Shown: positions 49,882 to 60,069, numbered from the whole stretch's first letter. The stretch is 63,941 bases of DNA, filler included, from 8 parts of 8 records of this genome joined end to end with filler, not necessarily neighbours in it, one strand, 5' to 3'. Numbers and translations: made by a program. Notes: generated by a model from the sequence alone, not told the origin.

Positions 49882-49926
49882 CCTCTCAAGGGCTCTACGC
49901 TCAACTATGTTCTGGAGACGTTCATT

Positions 49927-50026
49927 NNNNNNNNNNNNNNNNNNNNNNNNNNNNNNNNNNNNNNNNNNNNTTAATTAATTAANNNNNNNNNNNNNNNNNN
50001 NNNNNNNNNNNNNNNNNNNNNNNNNN
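49927..50026. other. Artificial contig linker
   Basis: N44-TTAATTAATTAA-N44. Confidence 0.99.
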
Positions 50027-50339
50027 GATGTTCACCAAATCGGGCATCATGGTGGGATTGGGCGAAAACCGCCAAGCCGTGCATCAGGTGATGGATGATA
50101 TGCGCGCCGCCGATATCGATTTTCTGACAATCGGCCAATATTTGCAGCCCACGCCCAAGCATCACGCGGTCGATCGCTTTGTCACGCCTGACGAGTTTGC
50201 CGCCTATGAGGCTGCGGCCTATGGCAAGGGGTTCTTGATGGTTTCGGCCACGCCATTGACGCGCTCGTCTTATCACGCGGGCGATGATTTTGCCCGCCTG
50301 CGCGAAAACCGGCTGAAAAAGCTGGGGCGCAGCCAGTAG
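50027..50339 (+). CDS. lipA: Lipoyl synthase, C-terminal part
   Basis: [28 protein letters not shown]. Confidence 0.95.
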
Positions 50340-50368
50340 GCTGCGCGCGCAGGGCGATCACAGCAGAT

Positions 50369-50404
50369 ATCAGGGCAAAGATCAGGGCAAATATCAGGGC
50401 AGGG
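50369..50404. repeat. Three tandem 12-mers over the cytochrome c stop codon
   Basis: ATCAGGGCAAAG, ATCAGGGCAAAT, ATCAGGGCAGGG. Confidence 0.7.
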
Positions 50405-51287
50405 GGGGCAGCAGTTTTAGATAGGCGGCCACCGCGGCCCGGTCGCTTTCTGGCAGTTTGGCAAAATTCTCGACCACCTCGGCCATATGCCCGCCCGCGC
50501 TGTCATATTCAGGGGTAAAGCCGGTTTCCAGATAGGCCATGATATCGGCGCGGCTCCAGTCTAATGCGGCGGGGGTGATATTGGGCACCGTGCCGCGGCC
50601 ATTGGGGTTTGGGGCGCCCGCCAGCCAGCGTGCGGTTTGCAGCCCGCCGGCGATGTTGCGCGGCGTGTGACATTCGCCGCAATGGCCCAACCCCTCGACC
50701 AGATAGCGCCCGCGCGCCGCCTCGGGGGGTAAATCGCCCGCCAGCACAAACCCCCGCGGCATGAAGGCCGCTTTCCACAGGCCAAGGCCGGCACGAATGT
50801 TGAACGGAAAGCTCAAATCATGCCCGCGCGAGGGGGTGGGATCGCGGGGCAGGGTGGCTAAATAGGCAGATAAATCAGCCACATCTTGCAGGCTGGCATG
50901 TTGATAGGCGGCATAGGGAAAGGCGGGGTAGTAATGGCTACCGTCTGGTGCGCGCCCTGCCAGCATGGCATTGGCCAAATCATCCACGCCCCAGCCGCCA
51001 ATGCCTGCCACCGGATCTGGGCTGATATTTGGGGCGTAAAACGTGCCAAACCCCGTTTCAAAGGCGCGCCCACCCGCCAGCACCAGCTTGGCCGCGCCGG
51101 TGGCATTGGGGGCGCTGTGGCAGCTGGCACAGCCTGCGGCCCAAAACACCTGCTCACCGCGTGCGACATCACCGCTTTGAAGCTGCGCAAATTGGTCGGC
51201 GGGCAGGGCGGGGCTGCGTGTTATTGCCAAAGCAGCCCCCAGCGCAAGCCCCGCAAGCCCAACAAAAATGGCAAGTTTGCCCAGCAT
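50394..51287 (-). CDS. Diheme cytochrome c
   Basis: CASCH, CGECHTPR, APNISPD, YYPAFPY. Confidence 0.92.
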   Translation of the reverse strand: MLGKLAIFVGLAGLALGAALAITRSPALPADQFAQLQSGDVARGEQVFWAAGCASCHSAPNATGAAKLVLAGGRAFETGFGTFYAPNISPDPVAGIGGWGVDDLANAMLAGRAPDGSHYYPAFPYAAYQHASLQDVADLSAYLATLPRDPTPSRGHDLSFPFNIRAGLGLWKAAFMPRGFVLAGDLPPEAARGRYLVEGLGHCGECHTPRNIAGGLQTARWLAGAPNPNGRGTVPNITPAALDWSRADIMAYLETGFTPEYDSAGGHMAEVVENFAKLPESDRAAVAAYLKLLPPLP

Positions 51288-51366
51288 CTTGGCCCCTTTC
51301 CGCGCGCGTATTGGTCTGGCCCGGCACCGTGCCTGCGCCGGGCCATGTTCTGCGAAAATCGGGCGC

Positions 51367-51843
51367 TTAGTTTGCCGGCGCGCGATAGGCTTTGTGGCAG
51401 GCCCCGCAGCTGCCGCCCAGCGCGCCCATTTGGCCCTGCAGCGCCTCTAGCCCGGTGCCAGCCACAGCGGCCATGGCGCTGGCGGCCTCGGCGGTGGCGC
51501 GGCCCTTGGCGATGGCGTCGTCGATATTGTCCCACAGACCGGGCAGGGTGCGGGTGTTATCCACGCTCATATTGTCCGAGCCCTGGGGCCACAGGCGCGA
51601 CTGGTCAAGCGATGCCAACACGGCCAGATTATTGGCCGCAGCGGCGGCGGCCGATGCATCATAGGCCACGGCGCCTTTGGCCATATCGCCCAGCAAGCCC
51701 AGGTTGAACGCGTAAAGCTGCATCTGTGCCTTGCGTGCCTTGATGGCGTCTTCCACCATTTTTGTATTGTCTTGTGCCTGTGCCAGCCCAGTTGCCCCGG
51801 CGGCCAGGCCCAGACCTAGAACAAGTGCCGTAAGTCGTTTCAT
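51367..51843 (-). CDS. Cytochrome c' / c556 (class II)
   Basis: GGAGG SD, signal peptide, C-terminal CGACHKAYR. Confidence 0.92.
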   Translation of the reverse strand: MKRLTALVLGLGLAAGATGLAQAQDNTKMVEDAIKARKAQMQLYAFNLGLLGDMAKGAVAYDASAAAAAANNLAVLASLDQSRLWPQGSDNMSVDNTRTLPGLWDNIDDAIAKGRATAEAASAMAAVAGTGLEALQGQMGALGGSCGACHKAYRAPAN

Positions 51844-52024
51844 TCTCAAACCTCCCAAATAAACACGATACAAGCTTAGCAAGAATTTTGTGTCATAATG
51901 ATCATAAGTTTGTGCAAATTTGCACAAATCGGTCTGGAATTTCGAACGCAAGCCACGCGGCACAGTTTGCGCTTGCCGCGATTTCGCCATGCGCTAACCT
52001 AGCCATATCGGTTTGGTGGGTCGT

Positions 52025-52897
52025 ATGCGCGCGTTATTTGTGGTTTTCTGGTTTCTTGCCCAGCCTTTGCAGGCGCAAACGCTGGATGCGGCGCGAAATG
52101 CCTTTTTCAGCGGCCAATACGCCCAGGCGCTGGCGGTTTTGGCCCCCGCGGCAGATGCGGGTGATGCGCAGGCGCAGGCGCTGATGGGCATGGCCTATGA
52201 AAACGGTTTGGGCGTCGCCCAAGACAGCACAGCGGCGCAAAATTGGTATCAGCGCGCCGCACAGGCAGGCGATGCGCCGGCCAAAGTGGCCCTGGCGCAA
52301 TTGCTGCTGGGGCAGGGCGATGGCGCGCCCGATCGCACCGAGCAGGCCATAAATTGGCTGTCGCAGGCCATGGCTGCCGGCCAGGCTGATGCGTTTTTGT
52401 TGCGTGCGCGGATGCTGCAACAGGACATGCCGGCGCTGGCGGAAACCTATTTCATCACCGCGCTGGAATTGGGCCAGCCGAATGCGGCGCGCGAATTGGC
52501 GCCGCTTTATCTGGCCCAGGGCCCCAATGCGCAGGCCAAGGCGCGGCAGGTGCTATCGCGGGCGGCCAGCATGGGCGACGCCCCGGCGATGTTGGATCTG
52601 GCGCAGCTCTATCTGGCAGGTATGGGCGGTGTGGCCGATGCCATGGCGGGTTTTACGCTGCTGCAAGAGGCGGTGAACCTGGGCTATCCGCCTGCAGCGG
52701 TGGCTTTGGGTGAAATGATGCAATCCACCCCGGGCTATTGGGCTGACCCGGTTTTGGCGCAGGCCTATTGCCTGTGGGGCCAGGCGCAAAGCGGCGACGA
52801 TGGCATGGGCGCCTTTGCTGCGCGCTGTGCGGCTTTGGGGGCGGGGCTAAGCGCGGAACAAACCGCGCAAGCCCAGGCCATGGCACAGCGGTTTTAG
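52025..52897 (+). CDS. Sel1-repeat secreted protein
   Basis: Signal peptide and repeats such as GDAQAQALMGMAYENGLGVAQD..AAQNWYQRAA. Confidence 0.88.
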   Translation: MRALFVVFWFLAQPLQAQTLDAARNAFFSGQYAQALAVLAPAADAGDAQAQALMGMAYENGLGVAQDSTAAQNWYQRAAQAGDAPAKVALAQLLLGQGDGAPDRTEQAINWLSQAMAAGQADAFLLRARMLQQDMPALAETYFITALELGQPNAARELAPLYLAQGPNAQAKARQVLSRAASMGDAPAMLDLAQLYLAGMGGVADAMAGFTLLQEAVNLGYPPAAVALGEMMQSTPGYWADPVLAQAYCLWGQAQSGDDGMGAFAARCAALGAGLSAEQTAQAQAMAQRF

Positions 52898-52923
52898 CGG
52901 CGGTTTTAGCGGCGGTTTTAGCG
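52888..52923. repeat. Three exact 12-mers over the Sel1 stop codon
   Basis: GCGGTTTTAGCG x3. Confidence 0.85.
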
Positions 52924-52930
52924 CCTGGTT

Positions 52931-53479
52931 TCAGGCCGCTGTATCGGTAAAACGCACCTTGCCGATATAGCCCAAATTTCGGTTTCTCTGTGCAAAATCA
53001 ATACCATATCCAACGACAAATTCATCGGGAATTTCAAACCCGGTCCAATCGGCCTTTATCTGCGCCTCGCGCTTCACGGGCTTGTCCAGCAGCGCAATCG
53101 TGCGCAATTTTCGCGGCTTGCGCGCCTGCAGCAGGCCGATGACGTGAAATAGCGTATGCCCGGTATCGACAATATCTTCGACCACCAGCACATCGCGCCC
53201 CTCGATCGGTGCGCGCAGATCTTTCAAAATGCGCACTTCGCGGCTGCTTTCCATTGCGTTGCCATAGCTGGATGCCTCTAGAAAATCTACCTCGACGGGC
53301 AAATCCAACTCGCGCACAAGATCTGCGATAAACACAAACGATCCGCGCAACAGGCCCACCACAACCAGCTTGTCGGTTTTGGCAAATTCGCGCTCGATTT
53401 CCGTGGCCAGCGCCTCTATTCGGGCCGCGATCTGTTTGGCAGAAATCATTTCATCGATGACATATGGACGCTGTGCCAT
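52931..53479 (-). CDS. hpt: Hypoxanthine phosphoribosyltransferase
   Basis: GLLRGS, PRPP-binding [22 protein letters not shown]. Confidence 0.96.
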   Translation of the reverse strand: MAQRPYVIDEMISAKQIAARIEALATEIEREFAKTDKLVVVGLLRGSFVFIADLVRELDLPVEVDFLEASSYGNAMESSREVRILKDLRAPIEGRDVLVVEDIVDTGHTLFHVIGLLQARKPRKLRTIALLDKPVKREAQIKADWTGFEIPDEFVVGYGIDFAQRNRNLGYIGKVRFTDTAA

Positions 53480-53559
53480 GTGAACCTTTTTGAACCCCTT
53501 GCAATTTTCGCCACAGAATACGAAACCGTGCAGCACTGTCACCACAAAAAAGGGGCGAC

Positions 53560-54015
53560 ATGCCAACCCATTCAGAAACCCGCTTTTTGCCTTACAGCGC
53601 GCAACAGATGTATGATCTGGTTGCCGATGTTGGCGCTTATCCAAAATTCCTGCCGTGGTGCGCGGCGGCGCGCATACGTCAGACCACCGCGCAGGGGGAT
53701 GGTAGCCAGCTGATGGAGGCTGATCTGGTGATCAGCTTTAAGGTATTTCGCGAAAGGTTTGGCAGCCGTGTTCTGCTGTGGCCCCAGGATCGGCGCATTG
53801 ATACCGAATATCTGGATGGGCCATTTCGCTATATGAAATCCAACTGGGCCTTTGCTGATACCGAGGGCGGCTGCGAGGTGTCATTCTTTGTGGATTTCGA
53901 ATTCAAGAATGCGGTTTTGCAGGGCATCATCGGGCTGGTGTTTAACGAGGCGATGCAGCGCATCGTGCGCGCCTTTGAGGCGCGGGCACAGGCCCTATAT
54001 GGCGCACAGGCCTAG
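53560..54015 (+). CDS. ratA: RatA/Coq10 START-domain protein
   Basis: [25 protein letters not shown]. Confidence 0.88.
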   Translation: MPTHSETRFLPYSAQQMYDLVADVGAYPKFLPWCAAARIRQTTAQGDGSQLMEADLVISFKVFRERFGSRVLLWPQDRRIDTEYLDGPFRYMKSNWAFADTEGGCEVSFFVDFEFKNAVLQGIIGLVFNEAMQRIVRAFEARAQALYGAQA

Positions 54016-54251
54016 TGCAGCTTTGGGCGGCAAGGCGTTGAATATAAGCGCATAAATCATCTGCAGGGCGCAAGGGCATGGCGCCGTCGCCGCCTGCATA
54101 AGCGTATATCTGAATAGCGCATAATCAGTATTATGTTAAATATTATGCATACAAACCCAGCACCCCCGGGCGCCTGCCGCTTTTATAGCTTCACCTAAGC
54201 CAAATTGCCCGATATCATATTCAGACTGAAAAATCTTACGACAGGCAGCGC

Positions 54252-55019
54252 GTGACACCCTTTGATGGGACATATCTGTGGAAAATGACCGAGGCCCCCA
54301 GCCTCGAGCTGGTTTGGTCGATGCACACACAGAAAATGGCTGATTACGGCTTTGACAGGTTGTTCTATGGCTGCACGCGGTATCGCTCGGGCGATAATTT
54401 GGGCGACCCGGATGATTTCGTTATTCTGTCAAATCACAGCGCGGAATATACAAAGCGTTATATCGAGGATGATCATTACCGACACGCCCCGATGGTGAAT
54501 TGGGCGCGGCGCATCAATGGCGCGGCCAGCTGGCGTTTGATTGCTGAAAGCGCCGCGGCGGGTGAATTGAGCGCGCGGGAAATGGAGGTTGTGGCCTTTA
54601 ACAAGGCTCATGGCATAACCGCAGGCTATACAATCAGCTTTGCCTCGCTGTCACCGCGCCGCAAAGGTGCCGTGGGCTTGGCCGCCAGGCCCCAGCTTAG
54701 CCAGAATGATGTAGACGAGATTTGGGATGAGTTTCATCAAGAAATCATTGCCTTAAATAACATTCTTCATCTAAAGGTTCTGGCCCTGCCCTATGGCGTG
54801 CGCCGCCGCCTGACCACCCGCCAACGCGAGGTGTTGGAATGGATTGGCGATGGGAAATCTGTGCAAGATACCGCCATTTTATTGGGGCTTACGCCCGCGA
54901 CGGTGGAAAAACATCTGCGCTTGGCCCGGCAGGCGCTGAATGTGGATACAACGGCGCAAGCGGTTTTAAAGGCATCGCTGCACAACCAAATGTATTTTTC
55001 GCGCGATATTTCATCCTAG
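54252..55019 (+). CDS. LuxR-family solo regulator (autoinducer-binding domain + HTH)
   Basis: LTTRQREVLEWIGDGKS...TVEKHL HTH. No luxI on the contig. Confidence 0.9.
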   Translation: MTPFDGTYLWKMTEAPSLELVWSMHTQKMADYGFDRLFYGCTRYRSGDNLGDPDDFVILSNHSAEYTKRYIEDDHYRHAPMVNWARRINGAASWRLIAESAAAGELSAREMEVVAFNKAHGITAGYTISFASLSPRRKGAVGLAARPQLSQNDVDEIWDEFHQEIIALNNILHLKVLALPYGVRRRLTTRQREVLEWIGDGKSVQDTAILLGLTPATVEKHLRLARQALNVDTTAQAVLKASLHNQMYFSRDISS

Positions 55020-55072
55020 CTTCCGGTTTTCCTGACTTTTCTGGATCTCAAATCAAGTCCAAAGTGATACCA

Positions 55073-55256
55073 CCCCTTGAGCAAAGGCTTCGGCCTTGGG
55101 GCGCTTGGGAGGCACCCTCATTATATTCGGGGCACTGCCGACCTGGCTGTTGGTCTTAAGGTTATTTCACCTTGGGACCACGTTATTGGGGGGCCGCTCT
55201 CATCCCCACATCATTGGCCCCAAGAAGGCGCAGCGCTTTAGTGCTGCGCCTTTCTG
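55073..55256 (+). ncRNA. Candidate multi-hairpin small RNA
   Basis: AAGGC-UUCG-GCCUU hairpin, TGGTCTTAAGG/CCTTGGGACCA, GGGGCC/GGCCCC with a C-rich loop, terminal AAGGCGCAGCGC/GTGCTGCGCCTT plus TTT. Confidence 0.55.
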
Positions 55257-55312
55257 TCTATTTGCGCCCTGCCCCTGCCCCGCTGCCTGTGGCGTGGGTT
55301 GGGGGCGGCCAC

Positions 55313-55342
55313 AAAAAACGGCGCCACCCAGGGGTGACGCCG
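55313..55342 (-). terminator. Terminator of rpsB-tsf
   Basis: CGGCGTCACCC/GGGTGGCGCCG (minus strand) followed by T6. Confidence 0.75.
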
Positions 55343-55371
55343 CATGCACACCGCAAATTGCGGCGATCTCT

Positions 55372-56247
55372 TTAGCCTTGAACGGCTTTTGCAACCTCGG
55401 CTGCAAAGTCTTCTTTTTCTTTTTCGATGCCTTCGCCCACTTCCAAGCGGACAAAAGACAGAATTTCAGCGCCGGCTTCTTTGGCGGCGGCGGCAACGGT
55501 CAGATCGGGGTTGATCACAAAATTCTGGCCCAACAGGGTGACTTCGGCCAGGAATTTCTGCATGCGGCCAACGATCATTTTTTCGATCACGGCTTCGGGC
55601 TTGCCCGATTCGCGTGCGATTTCGATTTGCACGTTGCGCTCTTTTTCAACCACGGCCGGGTCCAGATCGGCCTCGGACAGCGATGCGGGGTTGGCCGCTG
55701 CAATATGCATCGCAACCTGCTTGCCAAACGCCTCGTCGCCGCCTTTCATCGCCACCAGAACGCCGATTTTGCCCATGCCCTCGCCGGCGGCATTGTGCAC
55801 GTAAGACACAACAACATCGCCCTCGACAGCGGCCATGCGGCGCAGCGACATGTTTTCACCGATCGTCGCGATTTTCGCGGTTATCGTGTCGGCCACGGTT
55901 TTGCCACCCAGATCAGCGGCGTTCAGCGCGTCCAGGTCCGCGGCAGAAACAGCGGCGCCTGCGATTTGGGAAACCATCGCTTGGAATTCAGCGTTTTTGG
56001 CCACGAAATCGGTTTCGGCATTCACCTCGACGGCAACGCCACGGTTGCCTTCAACCTTGACGGCCACAAGGCCCTCGGCGGCGGTGCGGCCCGATTTCTT
56101 GGCGGCTTTGGCCAGGCCTTTGGTGCGCAGCCAATCGATGGCTGCTTCCATGTCGCCGTTGGTTTCGGTCAGCGCTTTTTTTGCATCCATCATGCCTGCG
56201 CCTGTGGTGTCGCGCAGTTCTTTTACCAGTGCGGCAGTGATCGCCAT
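55372..56247 (-). CDS. tsf: Elongation factor Ts
   Basis: [31 protein letters not shown]. Confidence 0.98.
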   Translation of the reverse strand: MAITAALVKELRDTTGAGMMDAKKALTETNGDMEAAIDWLRTKGLAKAAKKSGRTAAEGLVAVKVEGNRGVAVEVNAETDFVAKNAEFQAMVSQIAGAAVSAADLDALNAADLGGKTVADTITAKIATIGENMSLRRMAAVEGDVVVSYVHNAAGEGMGKIGVLVAMKGGDEAFGKQVAMHIAAANPASLSEADLDPAVVEKERNVQIEIARESGKPEAVIEKMIVGRMQKFLAEVTLLGQNFVINPDLTVAAAAKEAGAEILSFVRLEVGEGIEKEKEDFAAEVAKAVQG

Positions 56248-56346
56248 TTGGGATCTCCTCAAATCAATGTGGTTACGGGGCGCTTATGTGCTATATGCGC
56301 GCGCCCCGTGAAAATTTTGTAACGCTTTTCAGCGCCGCGGCAGGGC

Positions 56347-57103
56347 TTAGGCCTGTGCTTCGGCCGCTTCTGCAACGGCTTCTTCAACGGGGGCTTCTTC
56401 CAAAGCGCCCAGATCCACGCCTGCGGCACCCATTTGGGCGGTCATGCCGTCCAGCGCTGCGCGCGCGGCCAGATCGCAATAAAGCGAGATGGCGCGGCTG
56501 GCATCGTCGTTGCCGGGAATGATGTAATCGACGCCTGCGGGCGAGCAGTTGGTATCTACAACCGCCACAACCGGGATGCCCAGTTTGTTGGCTTCTGCGA
56601 TGGCCAGTGCCTCTTTTTTCACGTCGATGACGAACAGCAGGTCAGGCAGGCCGCCCATTTCGCGGATGCCGCCCAGCGAGGCTTGCAGTTTCTGCTGGTC
56701 GCGCTCCATGTTCAGGCGCTCTTTTTTGGTCAGGCCATCGGCGCCCGATGCCATTTGCTCGTCGATCTGCTTTAGGCGGTTGATCGATTGCGACACGGTT
56801 TGCCAGTTGGTCAAGGTGCCACCCAGCCAACGGTGATTCATGAAATACTGTGCCGATTTTTCGGCGGCTTCGGCCACGGGGCCTGCGGCCTGGCGTTTGG
56901 TGCCAACAAACAGAACGCGGCCGCCTTTGGCCACGGTTTCACGCACTACATTCAGCGCCGCGTCCAGCATGGGCACGGTTTGCGTCAGGTCGATGATGTG
57001 AATACCGTTGCGCGCGCCATAGATGAACTCGCCCATCTTGGGGTTCCAACGCTGCGTCTGGTGGCCAAAGTGTACGCCAGCTTCCAGCAGCTGACGCATG
57101 GTG
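56347..57103 (-). CDS. rpsB: 30S ribosomal protein S2 (first codons truncated)
   Basis: [26 protein letters not shown]. Confidence 0.98.
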
Positions 57104-57203
57104 NNNNNNNNNNNNNNNNNNNNNNNNNNNNNNNNNNNNNNNNNNNNTTAATTAATTAANNNNNNNNNNNNNNNNNNNNNNNNNNNNNNNNNNNNNNNNN
57201 NNN
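57104..57203. other. Artificial contig linker
   Basis: N44-TTAATTAATTAA-N44. Confidence 0.99.
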
Positions 57204-57890
57204 CAGGTGCCCGCTCTCCAGGTGGGGTTATTGCTGGTGTTGCTAGCCCCCGGTGTCGCATTATCGCTGACCACGGTGACCCAAGCCGGCGGCGATGTGG
57301 AGAGTGTGTTGGGTGCTAAACCACTGCTCTTGGTAGGCCAACTGGTGGTCGTTCCGCTCTATGCCGTGTGGCTCAGCGGTGGAGTGTTGTCGTTTTCCGA
57401 TCTGCCCTCCACCTTCGTCGTTATTGCCACGGTCATTGTGGGCCCGGCGATTCTTGCAGTGGCACTCCAGGGTGGTGCCCGTGCTTCTGCGGCGCTATCA
57501 CGGATGAGGATTGGTCTCACGCGAGCTACTGTGCCCGTGATTGCCCTCGCCGTCGCTGCGGTCTTGTGGATGCGGGTCCCCGATCACCTGAGCGAACTAG
57601 AACTGCTGTACCGCGTCATCCCGTTGTTTTTCGCCTTCCTGGTGCTCTTGGCGCCCCTGGGACTTCTGGCCGGGATTTTGGCCGGTCTTAATCCACCGGA
57701 AAAAAGAGCGATCATGATTGTGGGGGCTGGGCGCGGCGGCGTCATCATGCTGCCCATTGCCTTAGCTCTTGATCCTGATATCTGGGGGCTCGTTCCCCTG
57801 GTCGTGATTACCCAGTTGAGTCTCGAAATTGTGGGCCTGATGGTCTATCGCTCGATTGTCCCCGAAATTGTTCCCAGCTATGCCCGGTAG
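57204..57890 (+). CDS. Bile acid:Na+ symporter / Acr3-like membrane protein (5' truncated)
   Basis: Multi-TM with LLVLLAP, PIALAL, VVITQ..LE motifs. Confidence 0.6.
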   Translation, partial: QVPALQVGLLLVLLAPGVALSLTTVTQAGGDVESVLGAKPLLLVGQLVVVPLYAVWLSGGVLSFSDLPSTFVVIATVIVGPAILAVALQGGARASAALSRMRIGLTRATVPVIALAVAAVLWMRVPDHLSELELLYRVIPLFFAFLVLLAPLGLLAGILAGLNPPEKRAIMIVGAGRGGVIMLPIALALDPDIWGLVPLVVITQLSLEIVGLMVYRSIVPEIVPSYAR

Positions 57891-57924
57891 GGAAACTCCG
57901 CCTCACCCTCGCTACGCTGTTTCC

Positions 57925-58824
57925 ATGGGCGACTCGGTCAGTGTGAGAGCACCGGGCAAAATTAACCTGGTCTTGAGGGTTGGCCCGCCTGGCGCCGATG
58001 GATATCACGAGCTCGTCACCTGTTTTCATGCAGTGGATCTCTGGGAAACCATTACGGTTACGCCAGCTGAAGAGCTCACCGTGAGTGTGAGCGGCAGTGT
58101 GGAATTAGGTGAGATTCCTCTAGGCGGCGACAACCTTGCGGTGCGAGGCGCTGCCGCGTTGGCACAGCTGCGCGGATATGTCGGTGGCGCCCACGTGGCG
58201 ATTGATAAACAAGTCCCTGTCGGGGGCGGCATGGGCGGCGGTTCCGCTGATGCTGCGGCCACGCTGGTTGCGCTCAATGAACTCTGGGACACCCGGTGCA
58301 CGCCCGGCGAGCTTCACGATCTTGCCGCCACTTTGGGCGCCGATGTTCCGTTTGCTCTCCTGGGTTCTTCGGCCGTGGGGCGCAACAGGGGGGATGTGCT
58401 CGAGAGCGTTCCTTCGGAAACTTTTCACTGGGTCATCGTGACCACACCGGTTCATCTCTCCACGCCCCAGGTGTATTCCACCCTGGATGATCTGCGAGTG
58501 GGAGTGGACGTTGCGCGCCTGCCAGAGGTGTCGCAGGCATTCCGAGACGCGCTTGCCTCCGGAGACCCTCACGCCCTGGCGCCGCTCTTGGTCAATGATT
58601 TAGCGCCCGCGGCAGTGGCTATGCACCCTGAGTTGGCGGCCACTCTGGATCTCGGCGAACAGCTTGGTGCCCTCGCTGGCATGGTCTCTGGCTCGGGTCC
58701 CACCCTGGTGTTTCTTGCCCGCGATGCGAAGCACCAAAGCCACCTGGCATCGAGCCTGAGTGATGCTGGGCACCGTGCGCTGGCTGCTACTTCGCCGGCT
58801 CCTGGGGCTCATCTGGTCCCGTAA
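57925..58824 (+). CDS. ispE: 4-diphosphocytidyl-2-C-methyl-D-erythritol kinase
   Basis: APGKINL, GYHEL, PVGGGMGGGSADAA, LGADVPF, VSGSGPT. Confidence 0.96.
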   Translation: MGDSVSVRAPGKINLVLRVGPPGADGYHELVTCFHAVDLWETITVTPAEELTVSVSGSVELGEIPLGGDNLAVRGAAALAQLRGYVGGAHVAIDKQVPVGGGMGGGSADAAATLVALNELWDTRCTPGELHDLAATLGADVPFALLGSSAVGRNRGDVLESVPSETFHWVIVTTPVHLSTPQVYSTLDDLRVGVDVARLPEVSQAFRDALASGDPHALAPLLVNDLAPAAVAMHPELAATLDLGEQLGALAGMVSGSGPTLVFLARDAKHQSHLASSLSDAGHRALAATSPAPGAHLVP

Positions 58825-59311
58825 GCTCCGAATCATTCTGGAAGATACTCAACGCCACCAGATAGATAGCACCCAGGACGAGGAAAATATCGGCCACGTT
58901 CCCGACAAAAATTCCTGAGTAGTCGATGAAGTCCACAATGTGTCCCACGGCGAAACCGGGGTCACGGAATAACCGGTCCCCAAGATGGCTGATAGCCCCG
59001 CCGAGCAAGGAGGCAATGCCAATTCCCCAGGCCGCACTGGTGTTGCGCAGGGCGAAAATAACTAACCCGACGACCGCTACTCCCGCAAAAATAGTGAGCA
59101 CCCAGGTGTAATCCGCGGCCAGACCAAAAGCGGCACCCGGATTGTACACCAAGCGCCAGCCGAGGAGATCTCCGAGCAGTGGGTGGTATTCGCGAAGAAC
59201 CAGAGTCGTTTCCGCCCACCATTTGGTCGCCTGGTCAAGAAGAACAATGGCGAGGGCAACGAACCCCACCACAAGGCGAAGTCGATGCGCTGGCGCAGTG
59301 GGCTTGGTCAC
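58787..59311 (-). CDS. lspA: Signal peptidase II (variant motifs)
   Basis: DQATK, NPGAAF, HIVDFI, NVAD. 3' end overlaps ispE by 38 nt. Confidence 0.88.
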   Translation of the reverse strand: MTKPTAPAHRLRLVVGFVALAIVLLDQATKWWAETTLVLREYHPLLGDLLGWRLVYNPGAAFGLAADYTWVLTIFAGVAVVGLVIFALRNTSAAWGIGIASLLGGAISHLGDRLFRDPGFAVGHIVDFIDYSGIFVGNVADIFLVLGAIYLVALSIFQNDSELTGPDEPQEPAK

Positions 59312-59388
59312 ACAATCTCCTGTGCCATCAAAGGGCTGGCACACGGGCCATTGGTCACTCTCGAGTATTCCATGCCTTGGGTGGGGCG

Positions 59389-59889
59389 CTATCGATTTTC
59401 TACGTCCAGGCTCAAGGCTCGAAGAGCGTTGGCCACAAGGGCTTGATCATTTTTGTCCAGTGCACCGAGGAGTTCTTGTTCGGCCTGGACCAGCGTGGCA
59501 AAGGCTGTGTCCACTGCGATAAGACCCTCCCTGGTGAGTTTCACGACAACACCCCGGCCATCATCCGGGTCGGAGGATCGAGTGACGAAACCACGTTTTT
59601 CTAGCTTGGTGAGACGGTGGGTCATGGCGCCGGAGCTGACCAGCGTCTGGGCTATCAGTGCACCGGGGCTTTGTTGATAGGGAGCTCCCGCGCGGCGCAG
59701 GGCAGCCAACACGTCAAATTCCCACGATTCGAGCTGGGAAGTTTTGAAGGCTTCTTTGCGAAACCGATCAACTCTTTTGGCAATGCGCGTCACCCGAGAT
59801 AGCACTTCTAGCGGGGAAACATCCAGATCTGGTCGCTCCCTGCGCCACGCAGAAACAATGCGATCCACATCATCACCGGGCGTAGTCAT
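59389..59889 (-). CDS. MarR-family regulator (UrtR/TamR-like)
   Basis: DDVDRIVSAWRRERPDLD, EFDVLAALRRAG, DPDDGRG. Confidence 0.9.
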   Translation of the reverse strand: MTTPGDDVDRIVSAWRRERPDLDVSPLEVLSRVTRIAKRVDRFRKEAFKTSQLESWEFDVLAALRRAGAPYQQSPGALIAQTLVSSGAMTHRLTKLEKRGFVTRSSDPDDGRGVVVKLTREGLIAVDTAFATLVQAEQELLGALDKNDQALVANALRALSLDVENR

Positions 59890-59937
59890 CACACCATTAT
59901 CCGACCTCTGGCACAATAGGGGAGGCCTTTGGGTCAT

Positions 59938-60012
59938 TCCGCCTTGGTGTAACGGCAGCACGACAGCCTTTGGAGCTGTTAGGTCTAGGTTCGAATCCTG
60001 GGGGCGGAGCCA
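59938..60012 (+). tRNA. tRNA-Gln (TTG)
   Basis: Full cloverleaf: TCCGCCT/GGGCGGA acceptor, ACAGC-CTTTGGA-GCTGT anticodon arm, TTCGAAT loop, encoded CCA. Confidence 0.96.
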
Positions 60013-60069
60013 CGGAGAGCATGTCCGTGAGTCACCACGATCGTGACCAGATGGGCTTAAATGGTGGGT

